Assembly (NCBI RefSeq): GCF_964355755.1
Contig: NC_092676.1
Span: 4,255,888 to 4,319,887, forward strand
DNA from: Antedon mediterranea
Lineage: Eukaryota > Animalia > Echinodermata
Length of the DNA stretch: 64,000 nucleotides
Direction of reading: 5' to 3'
The notes under the pieces are model-generated. The model saw nothing but the letters and a program-made list of their open reading frames with translations, ran no database searches and was not told the origin of the DNA. Positions 28,401-43,400 of the stretch are shown one piece after another (the first letter of the stretch is position 1; the number at the start of each line of letters is the position of its first letter). A program made the position numbers and the translations under genes.

Positions 28401-31400
28401 CTGGTCCGGTTATGCTTGATGATGTTCAATGTTCAGGAAGTGAGACATCTATCACAGGCTGCCCTAATAATGGAATGAGGGTACACAAGTGTGGACAATA
28501 TGAGGATGCTAGTGTTATTTGTGGTAGGTAAAGTAGTAACTGTAAAAAGGATTAACACAGAAAACAACAATACTGTAAGACCAAGACAACTTTTTTAACT
28601 AGGAAATGTTTATCCCAGTTTAAAAGGAAAATCAATTTTGTTTTGTTCATAAGCTAATCTTTTCAATATTTTTGTTCATTGCCGCCATTCACACTTTGTA
28701 TCCATGTCCCAATTATATTACTCATTAAATGTTAAAATAAAAACGTTAAGAAATTTCAAGTTGCTTCTCATCTTATTAAATACTAGGCAGTTTGTCAGAG
28801 TTGGAAAACAGAACCAGTTAATTTTTTATTTAGTTGCAATCTCAAAATCAAAATTTGGTTAAGAAATTTATTATCCATTTACACATTTTCATTCATCATT
28901 TCATTTTATATCTGTTCATTTTATATCTGTTCATTTTATATCTGTTCATTTGATATCTGTTCATTTTATATCTGTTCATTTTATATCTGTTCATTTTATA
29001 TCTGTTCATTTGATATCTGTTCATTTGATATCTGTTCATTTTATATCTGTTCATTTTATATCTGTTCATTTTATATCTGTTTATTTCAGTTCATTCAATT
29101 TTTACAAAACAGTAGACATAAATGTAAAAAGGTACCAGAAAATAATAAATAAACTAATATTAATGAAGATAGCATTATTTAGAGATGAAAGCTTAAAATG
29201 TTAAAAATGTTTCTATAGGCAGATATTATCTCATATTAAGATATACCTCATCGTTTAATCATCCTCTATTGAACAGGTTTTAAATTTAGGAATAAACTGT
29301 TTAATAGCAGTAATTAATAATACTATATTAGGTACCCTTACAATGGACGGGCGCCATCTTATGATTATTTTAAGGTTCGGGAATCAAAAACATATTACAG
29401 TAATATAATGTAATGTCTTGAGATACTTGTGTCAGATTTACATCAGCTATTAAAATAGACTTAACGAGAGTATAGCTTCACAGTGAGAGATATATCAATA
29501 TAAAGAACTGATTTTAACTTGTACATTTGTTTCATTTAGTAAATATTAGACTTGTGAATGGCAGCAATATCTATGAGGGACGAGTTGAAGTTCACGATGG
29601 CACAGAATGGGGTACAATTTGTGATAATGGCTGGGACATCAACGACGCTCAAGTTGTATGTCGACAATTAAGACTAGGATCAGCTACCCAACCACCAAGG
29701 CAAGCTCATTTTGGTCAAGGGACTGGTCCGATTATGCTTGATAATGTTCAATGTTCAGGAAATGAGACATCTATCACAAGCTGTCCTAATAATGGAATGA
29801 GGGTACACAATTGTGGACATTATGAGGATGCTAGTGTTATTTGTACAGGTAAAAACACACACACTAAATACAAACTTCGAATTCAAATTAATTTATTGTA
29901 ACAAAGTAACCATTGTTGAACTTACAAAAAGTACAGGTATATAAATATGAAAAATATAAATTCATGTACATTACCACCAAAATACATCAACATATTTACA
30001 AAGGCAGAAGTACATTATATAGTAATCTAATAGTTATTATTTTTTATAAATTTATTTTGGTTCAAGTTCCAGTATTTATTTATCATAATTTAATAGATAT
30101 TGTAACGAAAATCCGTCCTCGGGTTCGTTCCCTTTTGGGGAAAGGTCTGCGGTACCACGAATGAACGAAACACACAAATCAATTACTGTACAATCTTAGG
30201 AGTGGCCTCCTTTATTCTTCTATGATTTCTAATTTATTGGTACAAGTGATTATAATAATTATTCTGATTAGTTCTGTTATTACGCCGGACTTGGAATAGT
30301 AGCGTAACCACCGCCCGCACGTAACCTCCACAGCAACGCACACCAACACAATGGTGTAACCTCCAACTGCACGTAACCACCAACACAATGGTGTAACCTC
30401 CAACTGCACGTAACCACCAACAAGGGTGTAACCTCCACAGCGCGTAACCACCAACACAATGGTGTAACCTCCATAGCACGTAACCACCAACACAATGGTG
30501 TAACCTCCACAGCAACGTACACCAACACAATGGTGTAACCTCCAACTGCACGTAACCACCAACTATGGTGTAACCTCCAACTGCACGTAACCACTAACTA
30601 AGGTGTAACCTCCAACTGCACGTAACCACCAACAATGGTGTAACCTCCACAGCACGTAACCACCAACACAATGGTGTAACCTCCAACCGCACGTAACCAC
30701 CAACTAAGGTGGAACCTCCAACTGCACGTAACCACCAATAATGGTGTAACCTCCAACTGCACGTCACCACCAACTAAGGTGGAACCTCCAACTGCACGTA
30801 ACCACCAACTAAGGTGTAACCTCTAACTGCACGTAACCACCAACTAAGGTGTAACCTCTAACTGCACGTAACCACCAACAAGGATGTAACCTCCACAGCG
30901 CGTAACCACCAACACAATGGTGTAACCTCCATAGCACGTAACCACCAACACAATGGTGTAACCTCCACAGCAACGTACACCAACACAATGGTGTAACCTC
31001 CAACTGCACGTAACCACCAACTATGGTGTAACCTCCAACTGCACGTAACCACCAACTAAGGTGTAACCTCCAACTGCACGTAACCACCAACAATGGTGTA
31101 ACCTCCACAGCACGTAACCACCAACACAATGGTGTAACCTCCAACCGCACGTAACCACAAACTAAGGTGTAACCTCCAACTGCACGTAACCACCAACTAA
31201 GGTGGAACCTCCAACTGCACGTAACCACCAATAATGGTGTAACCTCCAACTGCACGTAACCACCAACTAAGGTGGAACCTCCAACTGCACGTAACCACCA
31301 ACTAAGGTGTAACCTCTAACTGCACGTAACCACCAACTAAGGTGTAACCTCCAACTGCACGTAACCACCAACTAAGGTGTAACCTCCAACTGCACGTAAC

Positions 31401-34400
31401 CCCCAACTAAGGTGTAACCTCCACAGCACGTAACCACCAACACAATGGTGCAGCCTCCACAGCAACGTACACCAACACAATGGTGTAACCTCCAACTGTA
31501 GCGTAACCACACACAATGGTATAGCCTCCAACTGTAGTGTAACCACCAACTATGGTGTAACCTCCAACTACACGTAACCACCAACACAATGGTGTAACCT
31601 CCACAGCACGTAACCACCAACTATGGTGTAACCTCCAACTGCACGTAACCACCAACACAATGGTGTAACCTCCACAGCATGTAACCACCAACTATGGTGT
31701 AACCTCCAACTGCGCGTAACCACCAACACAATGGTGTAACCTCCACAGCACGTAACCACCAACTATGGTGTAACCTCAACAGCAACGTACACCAACACAA
31801 TGGTGTAACCTCCACAGCAACGCAACCACCAACACAATGGTGTAACCTCCACAGCAACGTACACCAACACAATGGTGTAACCTCCAATACAAAACAGTGA
31901 GCGTTGCCTCGGGCTAACCTGTCACTTTCTCACTGTTAATTTTGTAACAAGAAATCACGAAACAATACACTTACTACTTACTGTTTCTGTAATTCTCTCT
32001 TTTATTACTCAACTTTAGTTTCCTCATGGACACTTGTTTTCTTTTTAATCTCTCTAATATCTCTGCTCTAAATTATACGTCTGCTCTCTCCTTCCTCTCC
32101 TTTCCAACTCCCAGCTCATCTTTTCTTCCACTCCCTGCTCCTCTGCTGCCCTCTATGTTTTCTATCTTCCCCCAAAATCATTACATCACCCCCCTCCTAA
32201 AATGATCGGTCCCCGATAATAATCCAAAATAATCACCAAAAACAAACAACATTAGGTCAAACATAGAACATAGCTGGTTATTGTTCGTAACGTGCAGGTC
32301 TCCGCCTTACACGTCTCCTGGGATACCTTTTCTCTGGGGGGGGGGGGGTCTGTGGAGATACAGGCGTATTGCCCTGATCACCGGGCTCCTCTGGGATAGT
32401 AAGCAACGGGCCTTCTTCAGGCGTTTCCGGCCGTTGGAGTTCTTCGTCCATTTCCTCCGGGACTGTTGGCGTCTCGTTACCTCCGGCAAGGGTCTCTTGT
32501 GCCACCCGAGCCAACGGACTCTCGTCTCCGGGGAGGATGTCCCAGTGGGCGATCTCCGCGCCCTCATATGGTTTCAGTCGATCCACATGCACGACCTTTG
32601 GTTTCTTTCTCGGTCCCTCTTGGATGCGGTACACCACTTCAGATAGTTTTGTTTTAATTATGTATGGTCCATGCCACTTACACTGAAGTTTCGGCGATTT
32701 TCCTACGGTCTTCGCCGAATTATATAACCACACATATTTCCCTGCCTTGAGATCCTGCTTCTGGGCCTTCTGGTCGTAAGTCGCCTTCTGACGGCAGGCA
32801 CTACTCTTAAGCGTTTCTCTGGCTCTCCCGTGGGCCGCCCGAAGCCTTGCCCTCAACTGCTCCGCGTAGTCGGTCCTCATTTCTCTGTCCTCTGTCTCCA
32901 TTATCGGCATGGTCAAATCAACAGGGAGGGACACCTCTCTCCCAAGGACCATCATGTTTGGTGTCTCTCCCGTCGAGGCATGCGGAGTGGATCGATATGC
33001 GAACGTGGCATACGGCACGTGAACATCCCAGTCTTATTGGTTACAGTGGGGTTCTATCATTATCGCCACCATGTTGACCAAAGTGCGGTTGAACCTCTCG
33101 ATCATCCCGTCTGATTTGGGATTATAGGGCGTCGTCCGAGTCTTGTCTATTCCCAATATCTCGCACAACTCCTAGATTAGGTCAGACTCAAAGTTCCTCC
33201 CCTGATCGGTGTGGAGCTGTCGAGGAACTCCGAATCGCAAAACAAAATTGTCCACGAAACATCTCGCAACGGTTTCCGCCCTCTCGTTGGGAATAGGGTA
33301 TGCTTCTATCCATTTCGAAAAATAGTCGCCTACGACTACAATGTATTTGTTACCTCTGTCGGTCTCAGGCAGTGGGCCTAATATGTCCATAGCAACCCTT
33401 TCCATAGGGTTTCCTACGGGTTGTTGCTGGAGGGGGGCCTTCTTTCTTGGTTGTGTCTTGGTTGTGTCTTCCGCCGAGCACAACCGTCGCATTTACGTAT
33501 CCAGCTCCGGACCCAGGCACCCATTTTTGGCCAGAAATAGCGTTGGACCAACCTTCCGGTAGTTTTAGCCACTCCCAAGTGTCCACTAGTCCTTCCTCCA
33601 TGGAGCTCTTCGAGAACCGTCGGCCTCATTGCTTCAGGAAGCACTAGTCGCCAGGTTATTTCTTTACCATCGTCGGATTCCCACCGGCGATATAACACAT
33701 CATCTCTTACTTCCAACAGGTTCCAGTTCTGCCAGTAACTCTTATAATCAGTTTGCAACCCGGCGATCTCTTCGAACTTTGGTTGGGGCTCTCCTCTCTC
33801 TAGGAATCCCATGACCCATCGGATGGCATCATCTGTCATCTGGGACTGTCGGATGTCTGCGTTCTTCCACGTCGGCTGAAATTGGACTAGCCGTAACGAG
33901 GACCGTGCTCTCGCTTCTTCCTTCCAGGCCAGCTCTTTTTTTCTCGCCATCGTCTCGTCAATTCCGCACTGCACACACGGTTTTCTGGACAGCCCATCTG
34001 CATTGCCATGTTTTAACCCGGGACGGTGGACGATCTTAAAATTATATTCTCCTAGAACTTGAAGCCACCGGGCAAGCTGTCCTTCGGGTTCTTTGAAACT
34101 CATTAACCAACGCAGGGAGGCGTGGTCCGTGCGTACTGTGATCGATTGTCCATACAAGTACTGTCGGAAGTGTTTGAGGTAAGTCACTACGGCCAGCAAT
34201 TCTCGGCGCGTAGCGCAATAGTTTCTCTCCGTCTTACTTAGAGTCCGACTTGCGTAACATATTACATGTTCCTCTCCGTCCTGTTCCTGGGATAATACAG
34301 CGCCGATGCCAACGTCACTCGCGTCGGTGTCGAGAACAAAACGTCCCTCGGGGCGAGGGTAAGCGAGAATTGGTGCCTGTATTAATCGGTCCTTCAGTTC

Positions 34401-37400
34401 TTGAAAGGCCTGCTCACACTCCAGGTCCCAGGAAAATCGTCTGGACTTCTCTGTCAATTTGTGCAGTGGGGCAGCTATGGATGCGAACCCATTTATGAAT
34501 CTCCTATAATAGGACGCCAATCCTAAGAAGCTGCGAACGTCCCGGACGGTAGCTGACGTTGGACATTCTTTTACAGATTCTATCTTCTCAGGATCGGTCA
34601 TCACCCCGGCATGGGAAACTCTGTGTCCGAGGTACGAGACCTCCTGTTTAAATAAGGTGCACTTCTTGGGCTTTAATTTTAATCCGGCCGTTCGTAAGCG
34701 GCAAAACACTTCCTCCAGGCGGTCGATCTCTTCTTCCACCGTCTTTCCATAAACAATCACGTCATCCAAATACACAAGAAGCACTTTCCACTGCAAGCCG
34801 GACAGCACCCGCTCCATGAGCCGCTCAAACGTAGAAGGGGCATTGCAGAGTCCAAATGGCATTACCTTCCAACGATATAAGCCGCCTTGCACGGTGAACG
34901 TGGATTTATCCTTAGCATCGTCATCTAACTCCACTTGCCAGTATCCCGAAGCCAAGTCCAGCGTCGAGAACCATTTGGCACCCGAAAGCGCATCTAAGGA
35001 GTCATTGATTCTAGGGATTGGGTAAGCGTCCTTGATCGTAACCGAATTCAGCCGCCGGTAGTCCACACAGAACCGCTTGGTGCCGTCTTTCTTGGTGACC
35101 AATACGACGTTTGACGCTCACGGACTGTCGGAGGGTTCGATGAGTCCTCTCTCTAGTAAGTCCTCGACTTGACGTTCTATTTCCTTGCTGGCTTTTGCCG
35201 CCTGACGTCTTGGCTGTTCCTTGACTGGCCGAGAAGTTCCAACGTCAATGTGGTGTTTTACTTTATTCCTCCTTCCAAGGTCCGAATCTCCTTCCGAGAA
35301 GACGTCTTGGAACCTACTTAGTAAAGACGCCACCTGCCTGCGATGTTGCGGCTCTAAATCGGTTACGCTTCGGCTTAAGAGGTCCACCAGGTGTTCTGGA
35401 AAAGGTCGCTGGCAGGGCTCGGGGTCCTCCGGATGAAGGGCATTGGCTTCGACCTGGTCTGCAGATACCGGATACAGCTTTCCGACTTTAGTCCCAGCGC
35501 GTAGTACCCTCTTTTCGCCACCAGGATTAAAGATTCTTAGTGGTAGCGCCTGTTGCTTTGCATTCACTAGCGTTCTTGCCATAATGAGTCCTTGTCCAGC
35601 TAGTTCTCCTTCACGATCCGGCTCTATCAGGCCTGTTTCCGTGTTGGTAGGTTGGGACTGGATTAGCCCCAGGATTATGTGTTCGTGCCCTGGCAGGATA
35701 ACCGAAGTGTCCCGTACGATTGTGTTAGGCGAGAACCGTGTCTCATCAGATCCCAGCAGTTCGATCACCTCTCCACCCACCTTCATTTGTAGCCTACAAA
35801 GTAGTCCAGTCAATCTAGTGATATTTAGAGGTAAACCCACCACAAATTGCAATAGTAACGAAACATTGATTTTTTCATTCCAAATGTACTTTAGAATGAC
35901 ATATTAAAAGTCACCGAAAATTGAAGCATTGGAACACATTATTTTTTACGTAATCTCAACAACTATATAGCGATTTTATTCCGTAAATATTTTTGGGGTA
36001 GGGGGTAACATTTATGCCCATAACTTGTGGTTTTTATAATCCAATCTCAATAATCTTGATATCAATGTGTAGAATATATAATTATTTCTTTCTGATATGC
36101 AATTAAAAAAAAACAAAATACAACACCTATTTATATAACTAGAGGTCAAAAGGTTATTGACCTTTTAAAAAAACTCATTTTTTCCATAAAAAAATGATTA
36201 ACTGTAATATCGTATGCCATAATTGTGGATGCATTTAATCAAAATTGTGTTTTTTCTGTACCTATCGATATATAAAATAGGAAACATGATGTTAACTAGA
36301 AAAATTTTAAAAGTAATGATGTACTATTCTTATTGAAATTGATTCTTGATCAAATGTAATGTAAACAATTTTGTGGTAGGGGGTAGCGTTTATGCCTATA
36401 ATCCATTGTTTTATAATCATATCTAAATAGCTTTAGTACCAATGTGTATAGTATATATATCCTACTAATATACATTAAAAAAACAATTAATACAACAGTT
36501 ATACGTAACTAGAGGTCAAAGGGTCATTGACAAACAAAAATTATTAACTGCAATGTCTTATTCCATAATTGCCAATACATTTGATGAAACTTGTGTTAAC
36601 ATTTATGCCTGCCAATAACATCTAAATAACTACAAATGTGTATAATATGTATTTCTTACTCTAAAACCTAATTGATACAACAGTTGTTATGTAACTATAG
36701 AGGTCAGTGACCGTTTACGAAAACTCAAATTTTCTTAAAATAGCGTAAAACTAAATTATGTTTATTTATATATTGGAAGTATTTGGTGAAAATAATGTTT
36801 TCCTGTACATATTGTATCGTCATGAAATAGGAAAAATGCTAGCTAGAAGAACATTGAAATTCATTAGCGGTATGTACTATTGCTGATTAATTAATGAGTC
36901 TTGATAATTTGGAATCAACTCATGATTTACTATAGATAGATTTTTGATGATTTTAGTATCAACGAATGTACGTAATGACAAGTATTGGATCTCCCCAGGG
37001 TTGCGTTCTCTCTCCTCTCCTGTATATTATATACACGGATGAATGTCGCAGCAAACAGGACAATATTCATCTTGTCAAATTTGCTGACGACACTGTCTTG
37101 CTGTCTCTCCTTAAAAATTCACAGGACGGTCATGGTTCCACATTAGATGGAACTCAATGTGACCAAAACCAAGGAGATGATTGTAGATTTTAGGAAGGAG
37201 AAAGGATGCAGCCCTCTGGTATCCCTCATAAATGACGAACCAGCAAAATTGTCCATTCCTTTAAATACCTAGGACAATATCAGCTGGGAATTAAATACAG
37301 AGGCAATAGTAAAGAAAGGGCACCAGAGACTTTATCTGTTAAGGAAGCTGAACCATTTTAATGTCGATAAAGTAATTCTCAGGGTTTTTTATAATTCCTT

Positions 37401-40400
37401 TATTGAGAACGTTTTAACTGTTTTACTTTATATGCTGGTTTTGTATTCTTAGGGCCAAAGAGAGAAACTCACTACAAAGAATTGTTAATTTAAGTTCTAA
37501 ATTAATAGGTTGTCAACTTCGTAGCTTATCTTCCTTCTGTGACATGCAAACTCTAGAAAAAAGTAGAGCTATTCTAAAAAATGTTAACCATGCCTTGTTC
37601 AGTGATTTCGAGCTCATGCCTCATGGGCGTCGCTTTCGGTACCCGGCATGTAGAACACACCGTAAAAGTCATTCTTTTTTGCCAGTTGCCACCCGACTCT
37701 TAAATTCTTGAACTTTGACTCTTGTTATATTGTACCGTGTATTGTGATATTTTTTTATATTTTGTAAGATCATTTTAATCCAGACTTTTTTATTTCAATT
37801 GCCCCGTGTGGGATGATATTGATTAATCCTTGAAATAGAAAAGGACTCAACTATGTCATCAGTATCACTTTCTTGTTCGGGTATCAGTACAGTGCAATGA
37901 CGTTGCATTCACCACATGTAGTTATAGTTACCCCTGAAGGCTTCATGAAGATACTCAGGTGCTGGCTTTAAGTCTGTGTGTAGAGGAACCATGTTTCCAT
38001 CATCTGATCTTCCATCCCCAATCCTCGGTACACATATCAACCCCACTCTCCATTGCTAAAAGATAACTTGAACTTGAACTTGAACATGATGTTATGTACC
38101 TTGGTTGTGGTACGATTATGAAGTTATTATGCGAGGTTGTACTTTTAGATGGGATGGAGTCAAAGGCATTCCACGTTGTCCAGGTCGTCCATTGTACAGA
38201 CACACTAAATCATTTTCTCTAGCAACCACAATGTCATCCTTTGTAGCTTGTTTGCATCTGAAGACTACAGCATAATGTCAGAAATAAGTGCAATGACAAG
38301 CCACTTGTTTTCCAATTCCGAAACTCTGGATGTTTTGTCACCAGTATCGCATGAGCAAACAGAAGGTTATCACAGATGTCTCTCAAAAGTACTGTTTGAA
38401 CCAGTTTGATAGTCCAGCATCTCAGTTCCAGTCTAAAGAATATCACAAGATTTTTTAAATGATTGACTGCAGAGGAGCACTACTAGATAGATCCGTGTCA
38501 TCGGATAATGACCGATGTTTTCCTGTTTGCTGATTCAATGGTTTTTTGTACTATCCGAAATAACATCTGCATCAGCAGCTGCATTCACTCATTGCCATTT
38601 TGTTCAAATACTAATTACGAAGATTTATAAATTGTTGTTTGTTACAGAAAGTGATCCTATTTTGTGGAACATGTCACTGGTAAAATGTACAGGGATACTA
38701 CCACCTGACCCGCCTTACCATGTGCGCCGTCTTTGGTGGATGAGCCACTTTCATAATCATCAAAGACTATGATGGCAGAGCAATATTTGTTACAGATCGC
38801 ATTATAAGTCTCTACACTATTCCATGGAATGCTGTGCAGTAGAGCACTACCATCTAGAATGTAGGCCTACTGGACATAATTCAGTGAGTTGGATGTGTTA
38901 GACTATTCATTGTTTCCACATGGCATCATGTTGGTTTATTAGCTGAAAGTATTGTAAGTTGGTTGTTTCAAAAAGTGCTGGTGGATAACAAAGTTCATGT
39001 TCAAAAACTTCCTTGTTATCACCTCGAGTCTTCTCTGGAACTGTAGGATCGATGCACACATATTTATGTATGTACTTTATTGCCAGGATCTTGAATACAT
39101 TGCAAGACTTTCTGGCCTAACATCCGTCCAAAATATTCAATGAGTCACCTGCAGTAACTCCCGTACCAATGGTATGAAGTCTCTGAGTCGTAACCAAATG
39201 GATTTTTCCATTGCTATTGTGTTCCTGACGTGTGGCCATAAGTTCTTATGTTGGCCGCTGCTGGAGTAACGCCCTGATACTATTGCGAGGCATTACATTC
39301 AGCGCAGATTTTGTCTGGATGTACTCATTCCTAAATCTCTTGTCAAACCTCTGGTTTTCTTTGCGGTTTCTCATAGAAACCTTTTCAATCACCAGGTCTG
39401 TTGACAATCCAGCCCAGATGGTCCGAACGTCATACAACATGGAGGTCATTGTCAAACTGCTGTTGAACATCTTTGTATTTCTACTGGTTAAAAAATCGTT
39501 AAAATACTTACACATCCCAATATAAATACTGTAACCATGGCAACATAAATGCCATCTGGAAAAAATGGAATGTAGATCATCCAGAAGCAACAGAAACAGG
39601 AACTCATCTGCATCTTGAGCTGGTCATGTGTATCGCTTTGGACTGAAATGTTCACCCCAGGGTATCCCTGTGTGTAAACCATTGTTGTTTACAGCGAAAA
39701 CAACATTTTTAGCCAAAATTGACACATTATGTTGTGTTTTTCCGCAAAAATGACATGCTAAATAAAATTTTATGACTATAAGTTTGATATCACTGAATAG
39801 GAAATTTAATAAGCTTTTGGATGACATAAATCACACTTGTATATAATGTATTTCAAATGGTTAAATATATGTAATTAATGGGGCGCAATTAATTTTGACT
39901 TAAAATGACCTTTATAGACCTCTGACCCTTGACCCAATGCTTGGATTTTCGGTGACTTTTAGTATGTCGTTCTACACTTTATATGGAATTCAAAAATACT
40001 TGCTTTGTTACTATTGCAATTTGTGGTGGGTATATCATTAGATTGACTGGACTAAAGGTCTAGTGCCGCTCCTGTTCCTAGTAGATAATTCATCCCAAGT
40101 ACTCCTGAGACTTTTATATCTGCAAACACCACTTCCGTCACCCTAAAAGTGTGGCCAACCTGTAATCCCACCCAGGTACGTCCTCTAGTGTTTAAGCGAC
40201 TGCCGTCCGCTTGTTGGCATTCTCGAGAATCTCGTCTGAGCTCCGGTCGGCGTTCCGTCGGTATTTCGTAGTACAATCGGGATGATAGAACTGTATCCGA
40301 CGCTCCAGTATCAACCAGTAGTGTTGTTCTTGTCCCGTTGACAGTGGCTCCTACGTAATGACCTTCGCTAGGGTGGTATTTGGAGTAATCCGTTTTTTCA

Positions 40401-43400
40401 AGTTGGTTTACTGTCTGGGTGGGGGTGTGGTTTGTGGTTTGTGTGGAGGAGTAGCTCCTCTTTCTCTTTGGTTCACTGGGCCTTCGGTCTCTTCCAGCCT
40501 CCTCTCGACCCCTTGAGTCGGCTGTTCCTCGTTTCCCGAATCTGTCGCTCTGTTACGGCACTGTCTGGCGAGATGGCCCTTCTGTTGGCAATTGTAACAG
40601 ACACTCTTACGCACTCTCTCCTGTCTTTCTTCTCCCGTTTCCCATGGTTTGTCCCGCCTCCTCGGCGTCTGCTGTTCTGTCGAGTGGGGCAGCATGCGTG
40701 CCTCTACCCGTGCCATCCATCTCCCCATTCTTTCTTCAAAATCGTCCTGCCTTTGACGAGGCTCGTTTGTGATCGGCCGTAGGTATTTCGGGGGTGCTCG
40801 TGGGTTCCGTTGCTCCTCCAGCTTGAGGAAACTGTCCGTGGATAGTGCTGCTCTGAGGGCATCATCCAGCGTGGCCGGAGACGCTTTGAAGATTCCTTCT
40901 CCAATCTCTGCTCTCCCCACGGCGTCGCTAAAGTGTCCTTTTGCCAACCGTTCTACTCCTGCTTCTGGAAACTCCGGGTATGCCAGGTAGGATAACTCTC
41001 GGATGGCCTGCCCGAGCTCTTGTAATGTCTCGTTGGGTTTCTGTCTCCTAAGGGCCTGTTTCTGCTGCAACTGCTCAAAATACGGTATAAAATACGGTAT
41101 TTTTATACCGTATTTTTTAGTACCCCGTTTCTGCTAACAATACTTCTTGGGTGGTCGTGTTAAATTTCATCTTTTTTACCCAAATTGCCATTCATTTATT
41201 TGATCGATAATTAAAAGTCGCAATAAAGGAAGTTTTACGTCTCACTTTCAACAGCCTAGCCCTAGTGATAGAGATGTTGTGAGAGCACAGAAACATCGTA
41301 ATGGGGACAATTAATTCGTTCCCTCCCCGAGTTATTGTATTTTGCAATGTTGTACTGCTTTCGCAGGCTCTTCAGCTTTGAGTTTACTTGCTTTGGAGAC
41401 AAGTCTATTCCATACTCCTGCTTTTTTATTTTAGAAATGTCTTTATAAATGTGGTTGTTCCTTTTATTACCTTTTAGTTGGCCAGACATTTTAGCTTCCC
41501 CACACAAATTTATTTAGTAAAACTGTGACGTCTTCGCTTCATATTTTCGCCGAATATATATACACGTGTGTAAAACAGCTGACAGCGACAGAAAATAAAA
41601 ACACGAATGTTGACCTTTTGTCATGTAAAAAAAAAAAACGGTATTTGTTATTGGCAGCAGAAACGGGTACAAAAAATACGGTATAAATTTGTAAATACCG
41701 TATTTTATCCACAAATTTTGTGGGGAAAATACGGTATACAAAATACGGTATATTTTTTATGAGCGCAGTTTCTGCTGCCAAAAATATACCGTATATATAC
41801 GGTATTCAAAAAATGGTTCTAGGACACCTACCCCCTAGACAGTTACCCCCCGGATGTTTACCACCCGGACAACTACCCCCTTAGGACAACTACCCCCGGA
41901 CAACTACCCCCCGGACAACTACCCCCTTAGGACAACTACCCCCTTAGGATAACAACCCCTCGGACAACTACCCCCCGGACAACCACTCCCTTAGGACAAC
42001 TACCCCCTTAGGATAACTACCCCCCCCCCCCGGGTAACTACCCCCCCCCCCTGGGGGTCAACTACCCCCTTCCCCCATCCAAAAGTAGACAAATATATAG
42101 GACCGGTTTCTGTAAAAATGAAATCATCTGTTTTTAACGGGTGTTTCGAAACTAGAGACCCGAGACCAGAGACCTGACACGAGACCCAATACGAAAAGGG
42201 AGACCTATATTTGGGTCTCCCTTTTCGTATATTAGGGTCTCCCTTTTCTTATAGTGGGGTCTCCGTTTTCTTATAGTGGGTCTCCCTTTTCGTATATTTG
42301 GGTTTCCCATTTTGTATATTTGGGTCTCCCTTTCGTATAATTGGGTCTCCCTTTTCGTATATTTAGGTCTCCCTTTTCGTATATTAGGGTCTCCCTTTTT
42401 GTATAGTGGGGTCTCCCTTTTCGTACGTGGGTCTCCCTTTTCGTATATTTAGGTCTCCCTTTTCGTATTGGGTCTCGGCTCTCTGGTCTCTGGTCTCGGG
42501 TCTATAGTTTCGAAACACCCGTTTTTAACCGATTATTCTGTTTAACAGCACGCTAGACCCTAGATGTGCTAGATTTAAAGTACCGTATTTATTGAAAAAA
42601 CGGCCTGGGCTGTTTATTGTTTAGGTGGTTTTAAGGTGGACATTTATTGGAAGAAAGTTGTTTATTCAATGGGAGGGGGTATAATCTAATGGAAATAGAC
42701 GCCGATTATTCCATATGATGTTTCATGGGAGTGACATGGTCACCGTTTATTTGACGGGAATTTATTTAAAGATCGACGTTTATTCGGTGAGTGAACATTG
42801 AGGTCAAATATCAAAAGTGATATTATTCTTCTAGTGTACAAAAATACATATATGACAAATTTGAGACAAAAATTAATTCTTTTAAGACCAGTGGTTATCG
42901 AAGCATTGTCCTGACGCAAAAATTATTATTATTATTAGCGAACCCAGTCTTTACAGTAAATACAGGGAGTACTATATAATACGTTCAACTATCCTATGAT
43001 CATGTGTGACAATCTTCAGTTTATACCAGGCTATATTTATGTTCAATCTTTTACTTTTGTTTACAATAATGAATAGTAATTCGTCAAAGTAACGAATTAA
43101 AATATAGTTATTAATTCCTATTATACACTGTTGCAGAGTCAGGTTGTTGAATGGTCTGGGTGGTTAGGGTGTTCTAAAGGGATAGTTTTCTGGGTGGTAA
43201 TTATCCGGGGGGTAATTGTTCCTAGGGGGTAATTGTCCGGGGGGTAGTTGTCCTAAGGGGGTTGTTGTCCTAAGGGGGTAGTTGTCCGGGGGGTATTTGT
43301 CCGGGGGGTAGTTGTCCTAAAGGGGTAGTTGTCCTAAGGGGGTAGTGGTCCAGGTGGTGGTTGTCCGGGGGGTAGTTGTCCGGGGGGTAAATGTCCAGGG

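Larger units (their letters stand above)
32278..40537 (-). pseudogene. pol: Gypsy pol (PR-RT-RNase H-IN), split by an Academ insertion, with stops and a frameshift
   Basis: LVDTGA protease (~40300), MPFGL and YLDD RT, DTDASD RNase [14 protein letters not shown] integrase, GPY motif; TGA at 35118, TAG at 33172, frameshift near 33450. Confidence 0.95.

Noticed and set aside
30212-31887. Many Cys/Trp/Val-rich ORFs (also 44255-45422)
   Set aside because: All frames of the LTR minisatellite; no coding signal.
30303-31887. CRISPR-like appearance of ~35-bp repeats
   Set aside because: Repeats are contiguous with no unique spacers, no cas genes are present, and the context is a eukaryotic LTR.
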